Source: an uncultured Puniceicoccaceae bacterium
GTDB taxonomy: Bacteria; Verrucomicrobiota; Verrucomicrobiia; Opitutales; Oceanipulchritudinaceae
Reading direction: 5' to 3'
Length of the DNA stretch: 64,000 bases
Assembly: GCA_963933835.1 (NCBI GenBank)
Contig: CAWVVV010000001.1
Span: forward strand, 128,001-192,000
This document shows positions 1-9,935 of the stretch, one piece after another. The position numbers were made by a program, and so were the translations under genes. Numbering within the stretch: position 1 is the first letter of the stretch; each line of letters opens with the position of its first letter. The notes beneath the pieces were generated by a model. That model had not been told where the DNA came from. It worked only from the letters and a program-made list of their open reading frames with translations, and made no database searches.

Positions 1-206
1 CGACCGGTGACTCCAGCATCGACGATCCCTTTGCTTACATAGATCGCGATATCGCGGGGGCGTAGAAAAATGAATTCGACCTCATGGTCGCTGTCGCGCA
101 CGACGAGCTCCCGGCTATAGCGTTTGCAGCGATAGCCAGCGTTTGTAAGCAGTTGAACAGCCTTCTCTGAGAGGGCACCTTTGTTGGGAACCGCGAGTTG
201 AAACAT
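1..206 (-). CDS. hisG: ATP phosphoribosyltransferase, 5' part (runs off the window)
   Basis: Manual translation from ATG 206: MFQLAVPNKGALSEKAVQLL...EFIFLRPRDIAIYVSKGIVDAGVTG, matching HisG N-terminal motifs; directly downstream of hisE. Confidence 0.92.
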   Translation of the reverse strand, partial: MFQLAVPNKGALSEKAVQLLTNAGYRCKRYSRELVVRDSDHEVEFIFLRPRDIAIYVSKGIVDAGVTG

Positions 207-271
207 AGTGGCAGAAGTGGTTTTGGGTTCGCTCAAGGGCAAGTCAAAAGCTCGAGAGCAGAGCGGCGCGA

Positions 272-535
272 CTAGAGGTGCTTATAGACGTCTTCGAGAC
301 TGATATCCTTCGCGAGCATCATCACTTGGAGGTGATAGATGAGCTGAGAGATCTCCTCAGCGCAGGCTTCCTTGCTCTCAAAACGGGCCGCCATCCAGAC
401 TTCACCCGCCTCCTCATTGATCTTTTTACCGATGAAGTGAGGGCCTTTTTCTAGAGCTTTTACGGTACCCGATGCCGGATCACCGCTGGCGGCCTTTGCG
501 CCCAATTCCTCCCAAAGGGACTCGAAAGTTTTCAT
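272..535 (-). CDS. hisE: Monofunctional phosphoribosyl-ATP pyrophosphatase
   Basis: 87 aa, [15 protein letters not shown] and [12 protein letters not shown] motifs; adjacent to hisG. Confidence 0.93.
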   Translation of the reverse strand: MKTFESLWEELGAKAASGDPASGTVKALEKGPHFIGKKINEEAGEVWMAARFESKEACAEEISQLIYHLQVMMLAKDISLEDVYKHL

Positions 536-823
536 ATTGCGCTAGAAGTTGAGCCAATCACTACAGGCGCGAAAGCATAATCTTTCGGTGATCAGGGCGT
601 TCTTGGCATCCCTATGCCATCTCGGGCTCTAATCGCGTTTTTTTTTTACATCCTACGATTGCCAGCACACCTCAGAATTCGTATGAATTTAGCCTTCTTA
701 GTAAAAAAACACACCTTTGACGCAATCTGTAAAAAACCGTGCCGATATAATGATGCACGTAGAGTTGGTCCCAGAATGGAGCCAAACACCATAAAGAACT
801 TATATTAACCCCAGGAGCCAACA

Positions 824-1567
824 ATGGCACAGCCTAAACCGCTAATACTTGTAGTCGAAGATGACAAACAGATCGCCCAAATGGTGGGCGAACAACTCGA
901 ATTTGCCGGAATGCAGACTCAGGTTTGCCACCGCGTTGCCAACGCTTTGCGCTTTCTCGAGACGAATTTCGCCAATCTCATCCTTTTAGATGTGAATCTC
1001 CCCGATCAGACTGGCTTTGCCATGGTCGAAGAGATGCGAAAGCGAAACATCCACGCACCAGTCATCTTTTTAACTGCTGACAACAGCGAGATCTATAAGG
1101 TCAAGGGCCTAGAAATGGGCGTAGATGACTACATCACCAAGCCTTTCAGCTTCCCTGAGCTCATCGCACGCATCCATGCAGTCCTGCGCCGCGCCGAGAC
1201 CGCCCACGACAACCACGTCACGCAAAATGCATCGGTCTCAGCCGAACCTTTTGACTTCTGTGGAGCTCTGGTGCGCCCCGAGCAGCTCATTATTGAATTT
1301 CCAAACGGTGAGACGCAGAAGATCGGAAAGAAGGAATTGGGCATTCTCGCCTACCTCTCTTCTAACACCAACACGGTCATCACGCGTCGTAGTCTCATCC
1401 ACTCAGTGTGGGGCATCCACGCCGATATTCGCAGCCGCAGTCTCGACCAATACATCGTCAAGATCCGTGGAGCCTACGTTAAGAACGGACTGAACCTTGA
1501 TCAATTCAAGACAATCCACGGCGTCGGCTACACTTACAGCGTTGAAGTCGCGGCACCCGCCGGTTGA
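824..1567 (+). CDS. OmpR/PhoB-family DNA-binding response regulator (no adjacent kinase)
   Basis: Receiver domain (VVEDD, LLDVNLP, FLTA, DDYITKPF) plus winged-helix domain (VWG...RSLDQYIVKIR...KTIHGVGY). Confidence 0.93.
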   Translation: MAQPKPLILVVEDDKQIAQMVGEQLEFAGMQTQVCHRVANALRFLETNFANLILLDVNLPDQTGFAMVEEMRKRNIHAPVIFLTADNSEIYKVKGLEMGVDDYITKPFSFPELIARIHAVLRRAETAHDNHVTQNASVSAEPFDFCGALVRPEQLIIEFPNGETQKIGKKELGILAYLSSNTNTVITRRSLIHSVWGIHADIRSRSLDQYIVKIRGAYVKNGLNLDQFKTIHGVGYTYSVEVAAPAG

Positions 1568-1597
1568 TCGATCCTCCTTAGGATAAGTTCTTTTAAG

Positions 1598-1631
1598 AGA
1601 AACCGCCGCGACGAAAGTCCGGCGGTTTTTT
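1598..1631 (+). terminator. Intrinsic terminator, possibly bidirectional
   Basis: aaaccgccg...cggcggttttt hairpin with T-tract between convergent genes. Confidence 0.75.
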
Positions 1632-1647
1632 CGTGCCCAAGCGGCAA

Positions 1648-2520
1648 CTACTCGCGTCCGAGGCGTTTTCGGGCGCTCTGTGCGGAGGCAGTCATTTCCA
1701 TTTCTTCGAGGAGCCCGATGGCGCGATCTTCGTCGATCGGAATAGGTGCATCCAAGGGCGAGCAGTCGTAGCCAGTTTCGAGGAGCGTCATCTTGAGATT
1801 GCGGCGGATGTCGTCCTGCTGGGCGTGCACCATACGTTGAAAACGCTTCGGCATGATCTCGCCACAGTTTTCGATAACCCCCTCAATCGAACGGTATTGC
1901 CGCAGCCACTTGACCGCTGTCTTCGGTCCAACCCCTTTGACACCGGGAATATTATCCGAGGTGTCGCCGATGAGCGCGAGGTAGTCGGGAATGAGTTTTG
2001 GCGGAATACCAAATTTGTCCTCCACCCCACCGCTATCGAGGCGACGCCATCCGAGGCGAGGATTGGCCGTGGGAGGCGGCAAAAGTTGCGAGACTTGCGG
2101 GCCGACGAGCTGAGCGAGGTCTTTGTCTGCACTCACGATAATCGCTTCGTCACCGCGCTCGGCGATGCGTTTGGCGTAAGCCCCGATCAGATCATCTGCC
2201 TCGACCCCGTCTTGCTCGATGCCCCCGTAGCCCATCGCACGCGTCCATTCTTTGACGACGGGGATCTGCTTCACGAGATCTTCCGGCGTATCGCCGCGGT
2301 TAGCTTTGTAGTCTGGATGGAGATCGAGCTGCCGCTTCGGTGCTCCCAGATCGAAGAAGACGATGATGCGATCTGGCTCCACACGGTCGGCCACCCACCA
2401 TAAGGAACGCACCCAGCCATGGAGCGCCCCCGTCGGAAAGCCATCTTTGCGGGTAAGCTCAGGCATCCCGTAGTATGCGCGAAAAACAAGGTTGAAACCA
2501 TCGATGAGAGCAATCTTCAC
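1648..2520 (-). CDS. Stand-alone 5'-3' exonuclease / flap endonuclease (PolA N-terminal-like)
   Basis: LIDGFNLVFRAYY, YKANR, EADDLIG, SADKDLAQ, LIGDTSDNIPGVKGVGPKTA; no polymerase domain; GTG start at 2520 chosen from where the domain begins. Confidence 0.9.
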   Translation of the reverse strand: MKIALIDGFNLVFRAYYGMPELTRKDGFPTGALHGWVRSLWWVADRVEPDRIIVFFDLGAPKRQLDLHPDYKANRGDTPEDLVKQIPVVKEWTRAMGYGGIEQDGVEADDLIGAYAKRIAERGDEAIIVSADKDLAQLVGPQVSQLLPPPTANPRLGWRRLDSGGVEDKFGIPPKLIPDYLALIGDTSDNIPGVKGVGPKTAVKWLRQYRSIEGVIENCGEIMPKRFQRMVHAQQDDIRRNLKMTLLETGYDCSPLDAPIPIDEDRAIGLLEEMEMTASAQSARKRLGRE

Positions 2521-2650
2521 AATGACGAAACCTGACAGCACACTACTTCGCTGACTAGTCAGAATTCGGGAATGAGAGAATAATAATGCATTGCAATGTC
2601 CCCATGCACTTCCGATTGCATTTTCAGTATCAGGCGATTGCCTCAACTGT

Positions 2651-4228
2651 ATGTCTTGGGAACGTTTCAAACAACATTACTGCGCGCCAACAGGGGTAGA
2701 TCTCACGCTCGATATCAGTCGGATGCAATTTGCCGACGGTTTTCTGACCGAAATGGAGCCTCGTCTCCAGAAGGCCTACAGCGCCATGCAGGCGCTCGAA
2801 AAAGGTGCCATCGCCAATCCCGACGAAGGCCGCATGGTCGGTCACTACTGGTTGCGCGCCGCTGAATTGGCGCCGACCAATGAGCTCACGGTAGCGATTA
2901 ACGGCGCTGTCGAAGATATCAAAACCTTCGCCGCCGATGTGCACGCGGGAAAGATCACTGGCGAAGGTGGTGCTTTCGAACACCTCCTCATCATCGGCAT
3001 CGGTGGCAGCGCACTCGGCCCGCAGTTCGTCGCTGAAGCGCTCGGCCAGCCCGGTGAAGACCGCCTCCTAGTTCACTTTTTCGACAACACCGATCCAGAC
3101 GGACTCGACAAGACGCTCGCCGACCTGCGCGGGAAATTGAGCAAGACGATCGCCATCGTCATCTCGAAGAGTGGCGGCACACCTGAGACCCGCAACGGGA
3201 TGCTCGAAGCAGCCCAGGCATACCTTTCCGAAGGCCTCGACTTTGCCAAGCACGCCGTCGCCGTGACAGGCGAAGGCTCGAAGCTCGACCAAGTCGCGGT
3301 TGCTGATGGCTGGATCACTCGCTTCCCAATGTGGGACTGGGTCGGTGGTCGCACGAGTGAGATCGCAACCGTCGGTCTCCTCCCTGCCGCTCTTCAAGGA
3401 CTCGATATTTCAGGTATTCTCGAAGGCGCTGCCAAGATGGATGCCTGCACCCGCAGCACGACAACGGCTGAAAACCCAGCCGCCCTCCTCGCCGCGATGT
3501 GGTATCATGCGACCAACGGCAAAGGCGAAAAAGACATGGTCGTCCTCCCCTACAAGGACCGCCTCGCCCTCTTCTCAAAGTATCTCCAGCAGCTCATCAT
3601 GGAGAGCCTAGGAAAAGAGAAAGATCTCGACGGCAACGTCGTCCTTCAAGGCATCGCGGTCTATGGCAACAAAGGCTCAACTGACCAACACGCTTACGTG
3701 CAGCAACTGCGCGAAGGAGTGAACAACTTCTTTGCGACCTTTATCGAAGTGACCCGCGATCGCGAAGGCGCTTCGATCGAAGTCGAAGAGAACACTACGA
3801 GTGGTGATTTCCTCAACGCCTTCTTCCTCGGCACGCGCGCTGCGCTCGCTGAAACCGGCCGTGAGTCGATCACGATAACTGTGCCGGAGGTGTCCTCCTC
3901 CGTCGTCGGGCAACTCATCGCCCTCTACGAACGCGCGGTCGGACTCTACGCCTCTCTTGTAAACATCAACGCCTACCACCAACCGGGTGTTGAAGCGGGC
4001 AAAAAAGCTGCCACGACCTTCCTCGGCATGAAGCAGGGCGTTGTTCAAGTCCTCGCCTCAGGCGAAGCGCTGACCGTCGACGAGATCACCGCCAAGCTCA
4101 CCGATGGCGATGCCGAAACCGTCTTTAAACTCCTCGAGCACCTCGTCGCGAACCCAAGCAAAGGCGTAACCAAAACCGCCGGTAGCGACCCCTTCAGCGC
4201 GACCTATAAGTTCGTCGCCCAAGGATAA
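2651..4228 (+). CDS. pgi: Glucose-6-phosphate isomerase
   Basis: [46 protein letters not shown]. Confidence 0.96.
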   Translation: MSWERFKQHYCAPTGVDLTLDISRMQFADGFLTEMEPRLQKAYSAMQALEKGAIANPDEGRMVGHYWLRAAELAPTNELTVAINGAVEDIKTFAADVHAGKITGEGGAFEHLLIIGIGGSALGPQFVAEALGQPGEDRLLVHFFDNTDPDGLDKTLADLRGKLSKTIAIVISKSGGTPETRNGMLEAAQAYLSEGLDFAKHAVAVTGEGSKLDQVAVADGWITRFPMWDWVGGRTSEIATVGLLPAALQGLDISGILEGAAKMDACTRSTTTAENPAALLAAMWYHATNGKGEKDMVVLPYKDRLALFSKYLQQLIMESLGKEKDLDGNVVLQGIAVYGNKGSTDQHAYVQQLREGVNNFFATFIEVTRDREGASIEVEENTTSGDFLNAFFLGTRAALAETGRESITITVPEVSSSVVGQLIALYERAVGLYASLVNINAYHQPGVEAGKKAATTFLGMKQGVVQVLASGEALTVDEITAKLTDGDAETVFKLLEHLVANPSKGVTKTAGSDPFSATYKFVAQG

Positions 4229-4258
4229 GAGCCGACAATGTATCCAGTTTAATCCTAC

Positions 4259-4291
4259 AAAAGCGCTTCCTTTCGAGGGGGCGCTTTTTTT
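4259..4291 (+). terminator. Intrinsic terminator of pgi
   Basis: aaaagcgcttcct-ttcg-agggggcgcttttttt. Confidence 0.8.
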
Positions 4292-4388
4292 GAATCCAGA
4301 CGAAAACAAATAGGTCGTTGATGTTTTTGTCGGTATATCGCTCAGAGCCTTGCTTAACTGTAATTGAGCGTGATACTAAAAAACCGTT

Positions 4389-4688
4389 ATGGATAGCAGA
4401 CTGTTATTAGGGTTTAGGATCTTGAGGATTCTTTTAGGTGTCACATCCGCTAACTGCCTAATTGGCGCTCAAAACGATCCAACCAGCATTGTGATCAACA
4501 ATTCAGAATTCGGCTCGATCAGCCGAACCAGTGCTGTGGTTAACGAAAGCTCCTCAAGCATTGACTTCGAATTCACCGCTCTTCTTGGAGCTGGCTTCCA
4601 TCAAGGTGAATCCTACGGACAACTGCGTTCCTATATGGAAAAGGCGCAGGACGAAAGCGCTCCTTTCGTTGCTTTACGTGCTCGCTAG
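4389..4688 (+). CDS. Hypothetical 99-aa protein or gene remnant
   Basis: Fills an intergenic gap; hydrophobic N-terminus; no recognised domain. Confidence 0.3.
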   Translation: MDSRLLLGFRILRILLGVTSANCLIGAQNDPTSIVINNSEFGSISRTSAVVNESSSSIDFEFTALLGAGFHQGESYGQLRSYMEKAQDESAPFVALRAR

Positions 4689-4747
4689 GATTCAATCGCT
4701 GATCTTCTTCCTTGTCAGAAACGATCTCCCATTTCTACCTCCTAAGC

Positions 4748-4909
4748 ATGCAACGCACATTCAAACTTTTCCTCCTCCTTGGATTCGCCCTCGGTCTACT
4801 CGCTCTAAGCGGTTGCCGTGCTATCATCGGCGACGAGAACGACTCACAGGTACCTCAATCTGAGCCTGCAAGCTGGGAAGGCCAAGTGCCTGGCATGCCT
4901 ACGCGCTAG
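4748..4909 (+). CDS. Small putative lipoprotein (53 aa)
   Basis: MQRTFKLFLLLGFALGLLALSG-C: basic N-region, hydrophobic core, LSGC lipobox. Confidence 0.7.
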   Translation: MQRTFKLFLLLGFALGLLALSGCRAIIGDENDSQVPQSEPASWEGQVPGMPTR

Positions 4910-6501
4910 GCTTCTTCGGAAGGACCGCCGAGGTTCGCCACTTGATAGGTGGGATCGTCGGGGAGAATCACGATGTCGACCATGCTGCCTGCCTTGCGGA
5001 GCAGCACGCGGCAATTGGCGCTAATGTGCTGGAGATGCAGCGTCTTCTTTTCAGCACGGTAGCGCACTGCCAGCTTTTGAATCGCTTCCAGTCCGGAGTG
5101 ATCCCACACGCGTGAATCTTTGAAATCGATGATAACATCATCCGGATCGGTCGCCGGCGAAAACTCGTGTGTAAAGTCCGTCGTCGAACCAAAGAAGAGC
5201 GGGCCATGGAGGTAATAGACCTTAACCCCATCTGGGCGTGTTTCACTGTCCCGGTGGATGTGCTTGGCTGACTGCCATGCAAATACGAGGGCCGAAATGA
5301 CCACACCAGAGATCACCGCCAGGGCGAGATTGTGGGTGATCACGGTGACGGCCGAAACGAAGACGATGACGAAAGCGTCCGCCAGTGGGATTTTTCCAAG
5401 GATGCGCAGGCTCGACCACTCAAAGGTGCCGATCACGACCATGAACATAACTCCAGTCAGAGCCGCGAGGGGAATGCTCTCGATGAGATCGCTCGCATAA
5501 AGGATGAAGCAAACAAGGAAGACAGCTGCCGCGATACCGGAGAGTCGTCCACGTCCACCGGAGCGAACATTGATGATGCTCTGCCCGATCATCGCACAAC
5601 CACCCATACCCCCGAAAAAGCCATTCACGATGTTGGCGAGACCTTGCCCGACACACTCGCGGTTACTCTTGCCGCGCGTCTCCGTAAGCTCGTCGATGAG
5701 GGTCAGCGTCATGAGAGATTCGATCAGTCCGACGGCCGCGAGAGTTATGGCAAAAGGCGCCACAAAGATGACCGTATCCAGCGTCAACGGAACCCGAGGA
5801 ATCCCAAAAGAAGGGAGCGCGCCTTTGATCGAAGACATGTCACCCACGCTGAGCGTGTTCACATTTCCGAAGATCACGATACCGCTGACGACCACGATAG
5901 CGACGAGCGACGATGGCACCTGTGTCGTGAGGCGGGGTAAATATTGAATGATGAACATCGTGAGCAGAACGAGGCCACCCATCATGAAGAGCGAACTCCC
6001 AGAGAGCCATGCCGAGTCAGCCACAATCGGGTTTGTCGTAAACATCGGGAACTGCGCCTCGAAGATCACGATCGCGAGACCATTCACAAAACCGAACATC
6101 ACCGGTTGGGGAATCAAGCGGACAAAGCGTCCCAGCCTCAATGTGCCAAAGGAGATCTGAATCACACCCATCAATAGAAGAGTTACAAAGAGATACTGCA
6201 GGCCCATCCCTTCGCCGAGTCCCATCGCTACACCGCGCTCCTCACCGAGTAAAACGAGACTGACCATGATCACCGCAAGGGCACCTGTTGCACCCGAGAT
6301 CATGCCCGGACGACCACCCGCGATCGCTGTGATCAAGCAGACCATGAAAGCACCATAGAGCCCGACCAACGGTGGCACGCCAGCGATGATGGCGAAAGCA
6401 ACCGCTTCCGGCACGAGAGCCAGTGCGACGGTTAACCCTGAGAGAACATCGTCCTTCGCTTGGATGCGGTTTCCGAATTTACGGTAAATGAGCTTAAACA
6501 T
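4906..6501 (-). CDS. SulP/SLC26-family anion permease with C-terminal STAS domain
   Basis: DVLSGLTVALALVPEAVAFA, GGRPGMISGATGA, GGMGGCAMIGQS, GPLFFGS. Confidence 0.93.
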   Translation of the reverse strand: MFKLIYRKFGNRIQAKDDVLSGLTVALALVPEAVAFAIIAGVPPLVGLYGAFMVCLITAIAGGRPGMISGATGALAVIMVSLVLLGEERGVAMGLGEGMGLQYLFVTLLLMGVIQISFGTLRLGRFVRLIPQPVMFGFVNGLAIVIFEAQFPMFTTNPIVADSAWLSGSSLFMMGGLVLLTMFIIQYLPRLTTQVPSSLVAIVVVSGIVIFGNVNTLSVGDMSSIKGALPSFGIPRVPLTLDTVIFVAPFAITLAAVGLIESLMTLTLIDELTETRGKSNRECVGQGLANIVNGFFGGMGGCAMIGQSIINVRSGGRGRLSGIAAAVFLVCFILYASDLIESIPLAALTGVMFMVVIGTFEWSSLRILGKIPLADAFVIVFVSAVTVITHNLALAVISGVVISALVFAWQSAKHIHRDSETRPDGVKVYYLHGPLFFGSTTDFTHEFSPATDPDDVIIDFKDSRVWDHSGLEAIQKLAVRYRAEKKTLHLQHISANCRVLLRKAGSMVDIVILPDDPTYQVANLGGPSEEA

Positions 6502-6632
6502 AATCTTATATAAAGTGTCTTCGTGGTGCTTTGAGGGCGCCCGATGCCGAGACCGGCAAAAGGCGCGCTATTGCGGCCCCGAAGCGAAAATAAGCAAGGG
6601 TAATATCCCAGCGACCGTTGCTAAGAGAGGCC

Positions 6633-7013
6633 CTAAGCCTCCGGGATTTGAAACTCAGTCAACAGCGCCTGAAAGGGCGGGAAAGGTTGAAGTCCATTCA
6701 AGTCCGGGTCGCGGAGCATCCAGGAAAAATCGTCATAGCCGTTCTCGATCGCTTCACGCAGTCGCGCGACGGCCTCCGCCTTGCGTTCCTTGAGGGCGAG
6801 GCTACAGGCAAGATTGTAAAGCGCGGTCGCATTGTCCGGCTGGAGGACGACAAGCTTTTGATCGAGCGCGAGGCCATCATCGATGCGCCCTACCCGCGTG
6901 TAGTATCCAGCGAGCATCTCGAGGACGTCTAGATGTTCGCCTGGCTCACGGAGGATGCACTCGAGAAATTCTATCTCGAAGGTAAGATCCTTCCCCTCGG
7001 CGTCGCGGATCAT
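6633..7013 (-). CDS. Short TPR protein
   Basis: YNLACSLAL...[14 protein letters not shown]...DPDL TPR end-of-group pattern; overlaps the upstream stop codon (ATGA). Confidence 0.8.
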   Translation of the reverse strand: MIRDAEGKDLTFEIEFLECILREPGEHLDVLEMLAGYYTRVGRIDDGLALDQKLVVLQPDNATALYNLACSLALKERKAEAVARLREAIENGYDDFSWMLRDPDLNGLQPFPPFQALLTEFQIPEA

Positions 7014-7489
7014 GATACCTCCTCAAAGTCCTCCGGAGTGATCGGACGCGCATGCACCTGCAAACGTTGCGAGACGGCAACGAGGCCGACTTTGCCCGCA
7101 ACGGACTTCGCATACCACTCAAGAAACGGTGCATCGATGTCGTAAATCTTGTCGTTCACGATATCGACCACCTGAGCCTTCTCGACCTGACGTCCGCGGC
7201 TCGCGAGGTAAAATTTGTAGTCCTTGCCGACGTCGATTTCCCGCACGAGGCCACTTTCAGTCAAAATCGGCAACGAACGGTAGACCGTCGCCCGCGAGAC
7301 TGAACGATCGATTTTCCACGCACAATCAAGCAGCTCTTCGGCGGTGAAATGGTCTGTCAGACTATAAGCCGCCTCAAAGATCGCCAGCCGCTGATTCGTG
7401 ATACGGAGGCCCTTCTTCCTTAAGAACTCTCGAAAAGTTTCGAGAGGCCCCTCTAGATCGGACGTTGACGGTTGAATCGGCTCAGACAT
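7010..7489 (-). CDS. Fur-family transcriptional regulator, atypical (metal ligands missing)
   Basis: [40 protein letters not shown] winged helix; C-terminal domain lacks HHxH and CxxC. Confidence 0.88.
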   Translation of the reverse strand: MSEPIQPSTSDLEGPLETFREFLRKKGLRITNQRLAIFEAAYSLTDHFTAEELLDCAWKIDRSVSRATVYRSLPILTESGLVREIDVGKDYKFYLASRGRQVEKAQVVDIVNDKIYDIDAPFLEWYAKSVAGKVGLVAVSQRLQVHARPITPEDFEEVS

Positions 7490-7507
7490 TCAATAAAAGC
7501 TTATTGA
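7490..7507. promoter_or_regulatory. Palindrome abutting the Fur-like start codon, candidate operator
   Basis: TCAATAA-aagc-TTATTGA, perfect 7-bp arms. Confidence 0.4.
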
Positions 7508-7661
7508 GACAGGTGTTACAAAAACAGCCCACCTAGCCCCTGCAAGAACTTTGTCGAATGCCCAGCCGCTCTAGGGCACCTCTGCAATCCTACTATGACC
7601 GAGACGAGTGCAATTTTAGTTTTGAGCAAGGCGACACTAGGCGCACGGGAGGCTTCCAAAG

Positions 7662-9926
7662 GTGCCCTCTAAACGATTTATCTCCGTACGCCCGCTCAAC
7701 GGGCTGAGCCGCTCCCTCGACTATGCCTTTCCCGAGTCGCAGGAAAAAGACCTCCCTGAGGTCGGATCGCTCGTGCGCATCCCTCTCGGGCGGCGCACTG
7801 AACTCGGTATCGTGATCGCCCTTGATGTTGTGCCCGAGCTGCCGCCTGCGCGGATTAAGTTCATTCACACCCTCGAGCAGCCCTTCCCTGTTCTTACCGA
7901 TGAGCTCATTCGCCTCGCTGACTGGATGGAGCGCTACTACGCCTCGGAACTCGCAAGCATTTTTGAGGTCATGATCCCGGCCGCAGTGCGCAAAGGTATG
8001 CGCCTGCAACAGAGGCGCGCCCTATCCCTCGTCCGAACAGCGACCGCTGAAGAACTCGCCGCACTCGAAAAGAAGGCTCCGAAACAGGCGAAGCTCTATG
8101 CCTTCATCCAAAGTCAGGCGCACCTCAAAATCATCCCCCGGCAAAAGGCGCTCACTCGTCTCCAGATTTCTCCTACAAGCGCCGATGCCCTCGTGAGCAA
8201 GGGACTGCTCAAGGACGTCATGCTTTCCGAACGGCGAGAGGCTTATGAAGACGCCCTCGCTGAGAGTGAGAAGGTCCCAACCAAAGCCTTTGAACTGAAC
8301 GATGAGCAGAAAACGGCTTCTGAAGCTCTCCGACAAGCCATCCGCACAAAGACCTTTAGCCGCATTCTCCTTCACGGCGTGACCGGCTCGGGAAAAACCG
8401 AAGTCTACCTTCAAGCCATTCGCGAAGCCCTCAATCAAGGCGGCAGCGCTCTCTTCCTCGTCCCCGAGGTCGCATTGACGCCGCAGACTGTCAGCCGACT
8501 CCGTGAGCGCTTCGAGAAGGCCAGCGGCGAGCATGCCGTCGTCTGGCACAGCCATCTCAGCGATGGGGAACGCTACGACGCCTGGCACGCCATCTCTACT
8601 GGCGAAGCCAAGATCGTCGTCGGCGCGCGCTCAGCCGTCTTTGCCCCCCTGAGGAACCTTCGCCTCGTTGTCGTTGATGAAGAACACGAGCCCGCTTTCA
8701 AGCAGGAGGAGACGCCGCGCTACCACGGCCGCGACGTCGCGGTTTACCGCGCCCGCCTCAACAACGCGGTCTGCGTTCTAGGCTCCGCCACCCCTGCCCT
8801 CGAAAGCTTGCACAACGCCCGTGAAGGCAAATACGAGCTCCTTCGCCTCACTAAACGCGTCGATAAAGCGCAGCTCCCGACGATCCACGTCGTCGATATG
8901 AAGCAGGAGTGGGCGAAGGAACGACGCCTCGTCGAGTTCTCTGCCCTCCTCAAAGAGAAAATGTATCAGCGCTTTGAGAACGGAGAACAAACCATCCTCT
9001 TTCTCAATCGCCGTGGCTATGACTCATCGCTGCGTTGTCCCGATTGTGGATACGTTGCCGAGTGTGACCACTGCGATGTCACCCTCACTCACCACCGAGC
9101 CGACGGCGACCTGCGCTGCCACCTCTGTGGATTTGAAACCGAGGTTCCTCGCCAGTGTCCAAAGTGTAAGTCACCGAAAATACTCTACCGTGGACATGGC
9201 ACGCAGAAGATCGAAGACATCGCCGCCAAAATTCTTCCGAAAGCACGTATTGTCAGAATGGATACGGATACGATGCGAAAGAAAAACCTCTTCCGCGAGG
9301 TCCTTGCCGATTTCAGACGCGGGAAGATCGACGTTCTCGTCGGCACCCAAATGATCGCCAAAGGCCTCGATTTCCCCAATGTCACCCTTGTCGGCCTGAT
9401 CGACGCCGATATCTCTCTCCACCTTCCGGACTTTCGTGCCGCCGAGCGCACCTTCCAGCTTCTCGTCCAAGTTTCAGGCCGGGCGGGCCGGGGTGACCGC
9501 GCCGGTGAAGTCGTCGTGCAGACTGCGATGCCGCACAACGAGGCGATCCAGTTTGCCCGCCAACAGGACTTCGATGGCTTTGCTCTTGAAGAACTCGAGC
9601 AGCGCAAGGAGTTCAACTACCCGCCCTATCGCCATCTCCTCCACCACATCATTCGCGGTCGCAACCGCGAGAAGGTCGCTTTTTTCTCTGAGCAGTGGGC
9701 GAAACACCTCGAAGAACACCTCCTCAACGATTTCCCCGGCCTTGAAATCCGAGGACCTGCCCCCTGCCCGATCGAACGGATCCAGGACAACTATCGCTTC
9801 CAAATCTGGTATTTCACAACCAACGTCACCGCTCTCGTTGGCCGCCTGCAAAAACTCCGCAAAGAATTCCCATGGGACAAAGAACTCGTCGAAGTCCTCG
9901 ACGTCGATGCAGTGGGGCTGGTGTAG
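7662..9926 (+). CDS. priA: Primosomal protein N' (replication restart helicase)
   Basis: LLHGVTGSGKTEVY, VVDEEHE, four CxxC pairs, GTQMIAKGLDFP, QVSGRAGR. Confidence 0.97.
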   Translation: MPSKRFISVRPLNGLSRSLDYAFPESQEKDLPEVGSLVRIPLGRRTELGIVIALDVVPELPPARIKFIHTLEQPFPVLTDELIRLADWMERYYASELASIFEVMIPAAVRKGMRLQQRRALSLVRTATAEELAALEKKAPKQAKLYAFIQSQAHLKIIPRQKALTRLQISPTSADALVSKGLLKDVMLSERREAYEDALAESEKVPTKAFELNDEQKTASEALRQAIRTKTFSRILLHGVTGSGKTEVYLQAIREALNQGGSALFLVPEVALTPQTVSRLRERFEKASGEHAVVWHSHLSDGERYDAWHAISTGEAKIVVGARSAVFAPLRNLRLVVVDEEHEPAFKQEETPRYHGRDVAVYRARLNNAVCVLGSATPALESLHNAREGKYELLRLTKRVDKAQLPTIHVVDMKQEWAKERRLVEFSALLKEKMYQRFENGEQTILFLNRRGYDSSLRCPDCGYVAECDHCDVTLTHHRADGDLRCHLCGFETEVPRQCPKCKSPKILYRGHGTQKIEDIAAKILPKARIVRMDTDTMRKKNLFREVLADFRRGKIDVLVGTQMIAKGLDFPNVTLVGLIDADISLHLPDFRAAERTFQLLVQVSGRAGRGDRAGEVVVQTAMPHNEAIQFARQQDFDGFALEELEQRKEFNYPPYRHLLHHIIRGRNREKVAFFSEQWAKHLEEHLLNDFPGLEIRGPAPCPIERIQDNYRFQIWYFTTNVTALVGRLQKLRKEFPWDKELVEVLDVDAVGLV

Positions 9927-9935
9927 AAATAATCC

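Noticed and set aside
1633..2403. Long antisense and alternate-frame ORFs (also 29940-30866, 47403-48209, 51243-51992 and many others)
   Set aside because: Shadows of well-supported genes in GC-rich DNA, with no motifs of their own.
4389..4688. HQGES as a sialate O-acetylesterase motif
   Set aside because: A five-residue match without the remainder of the domain is too weak to call.
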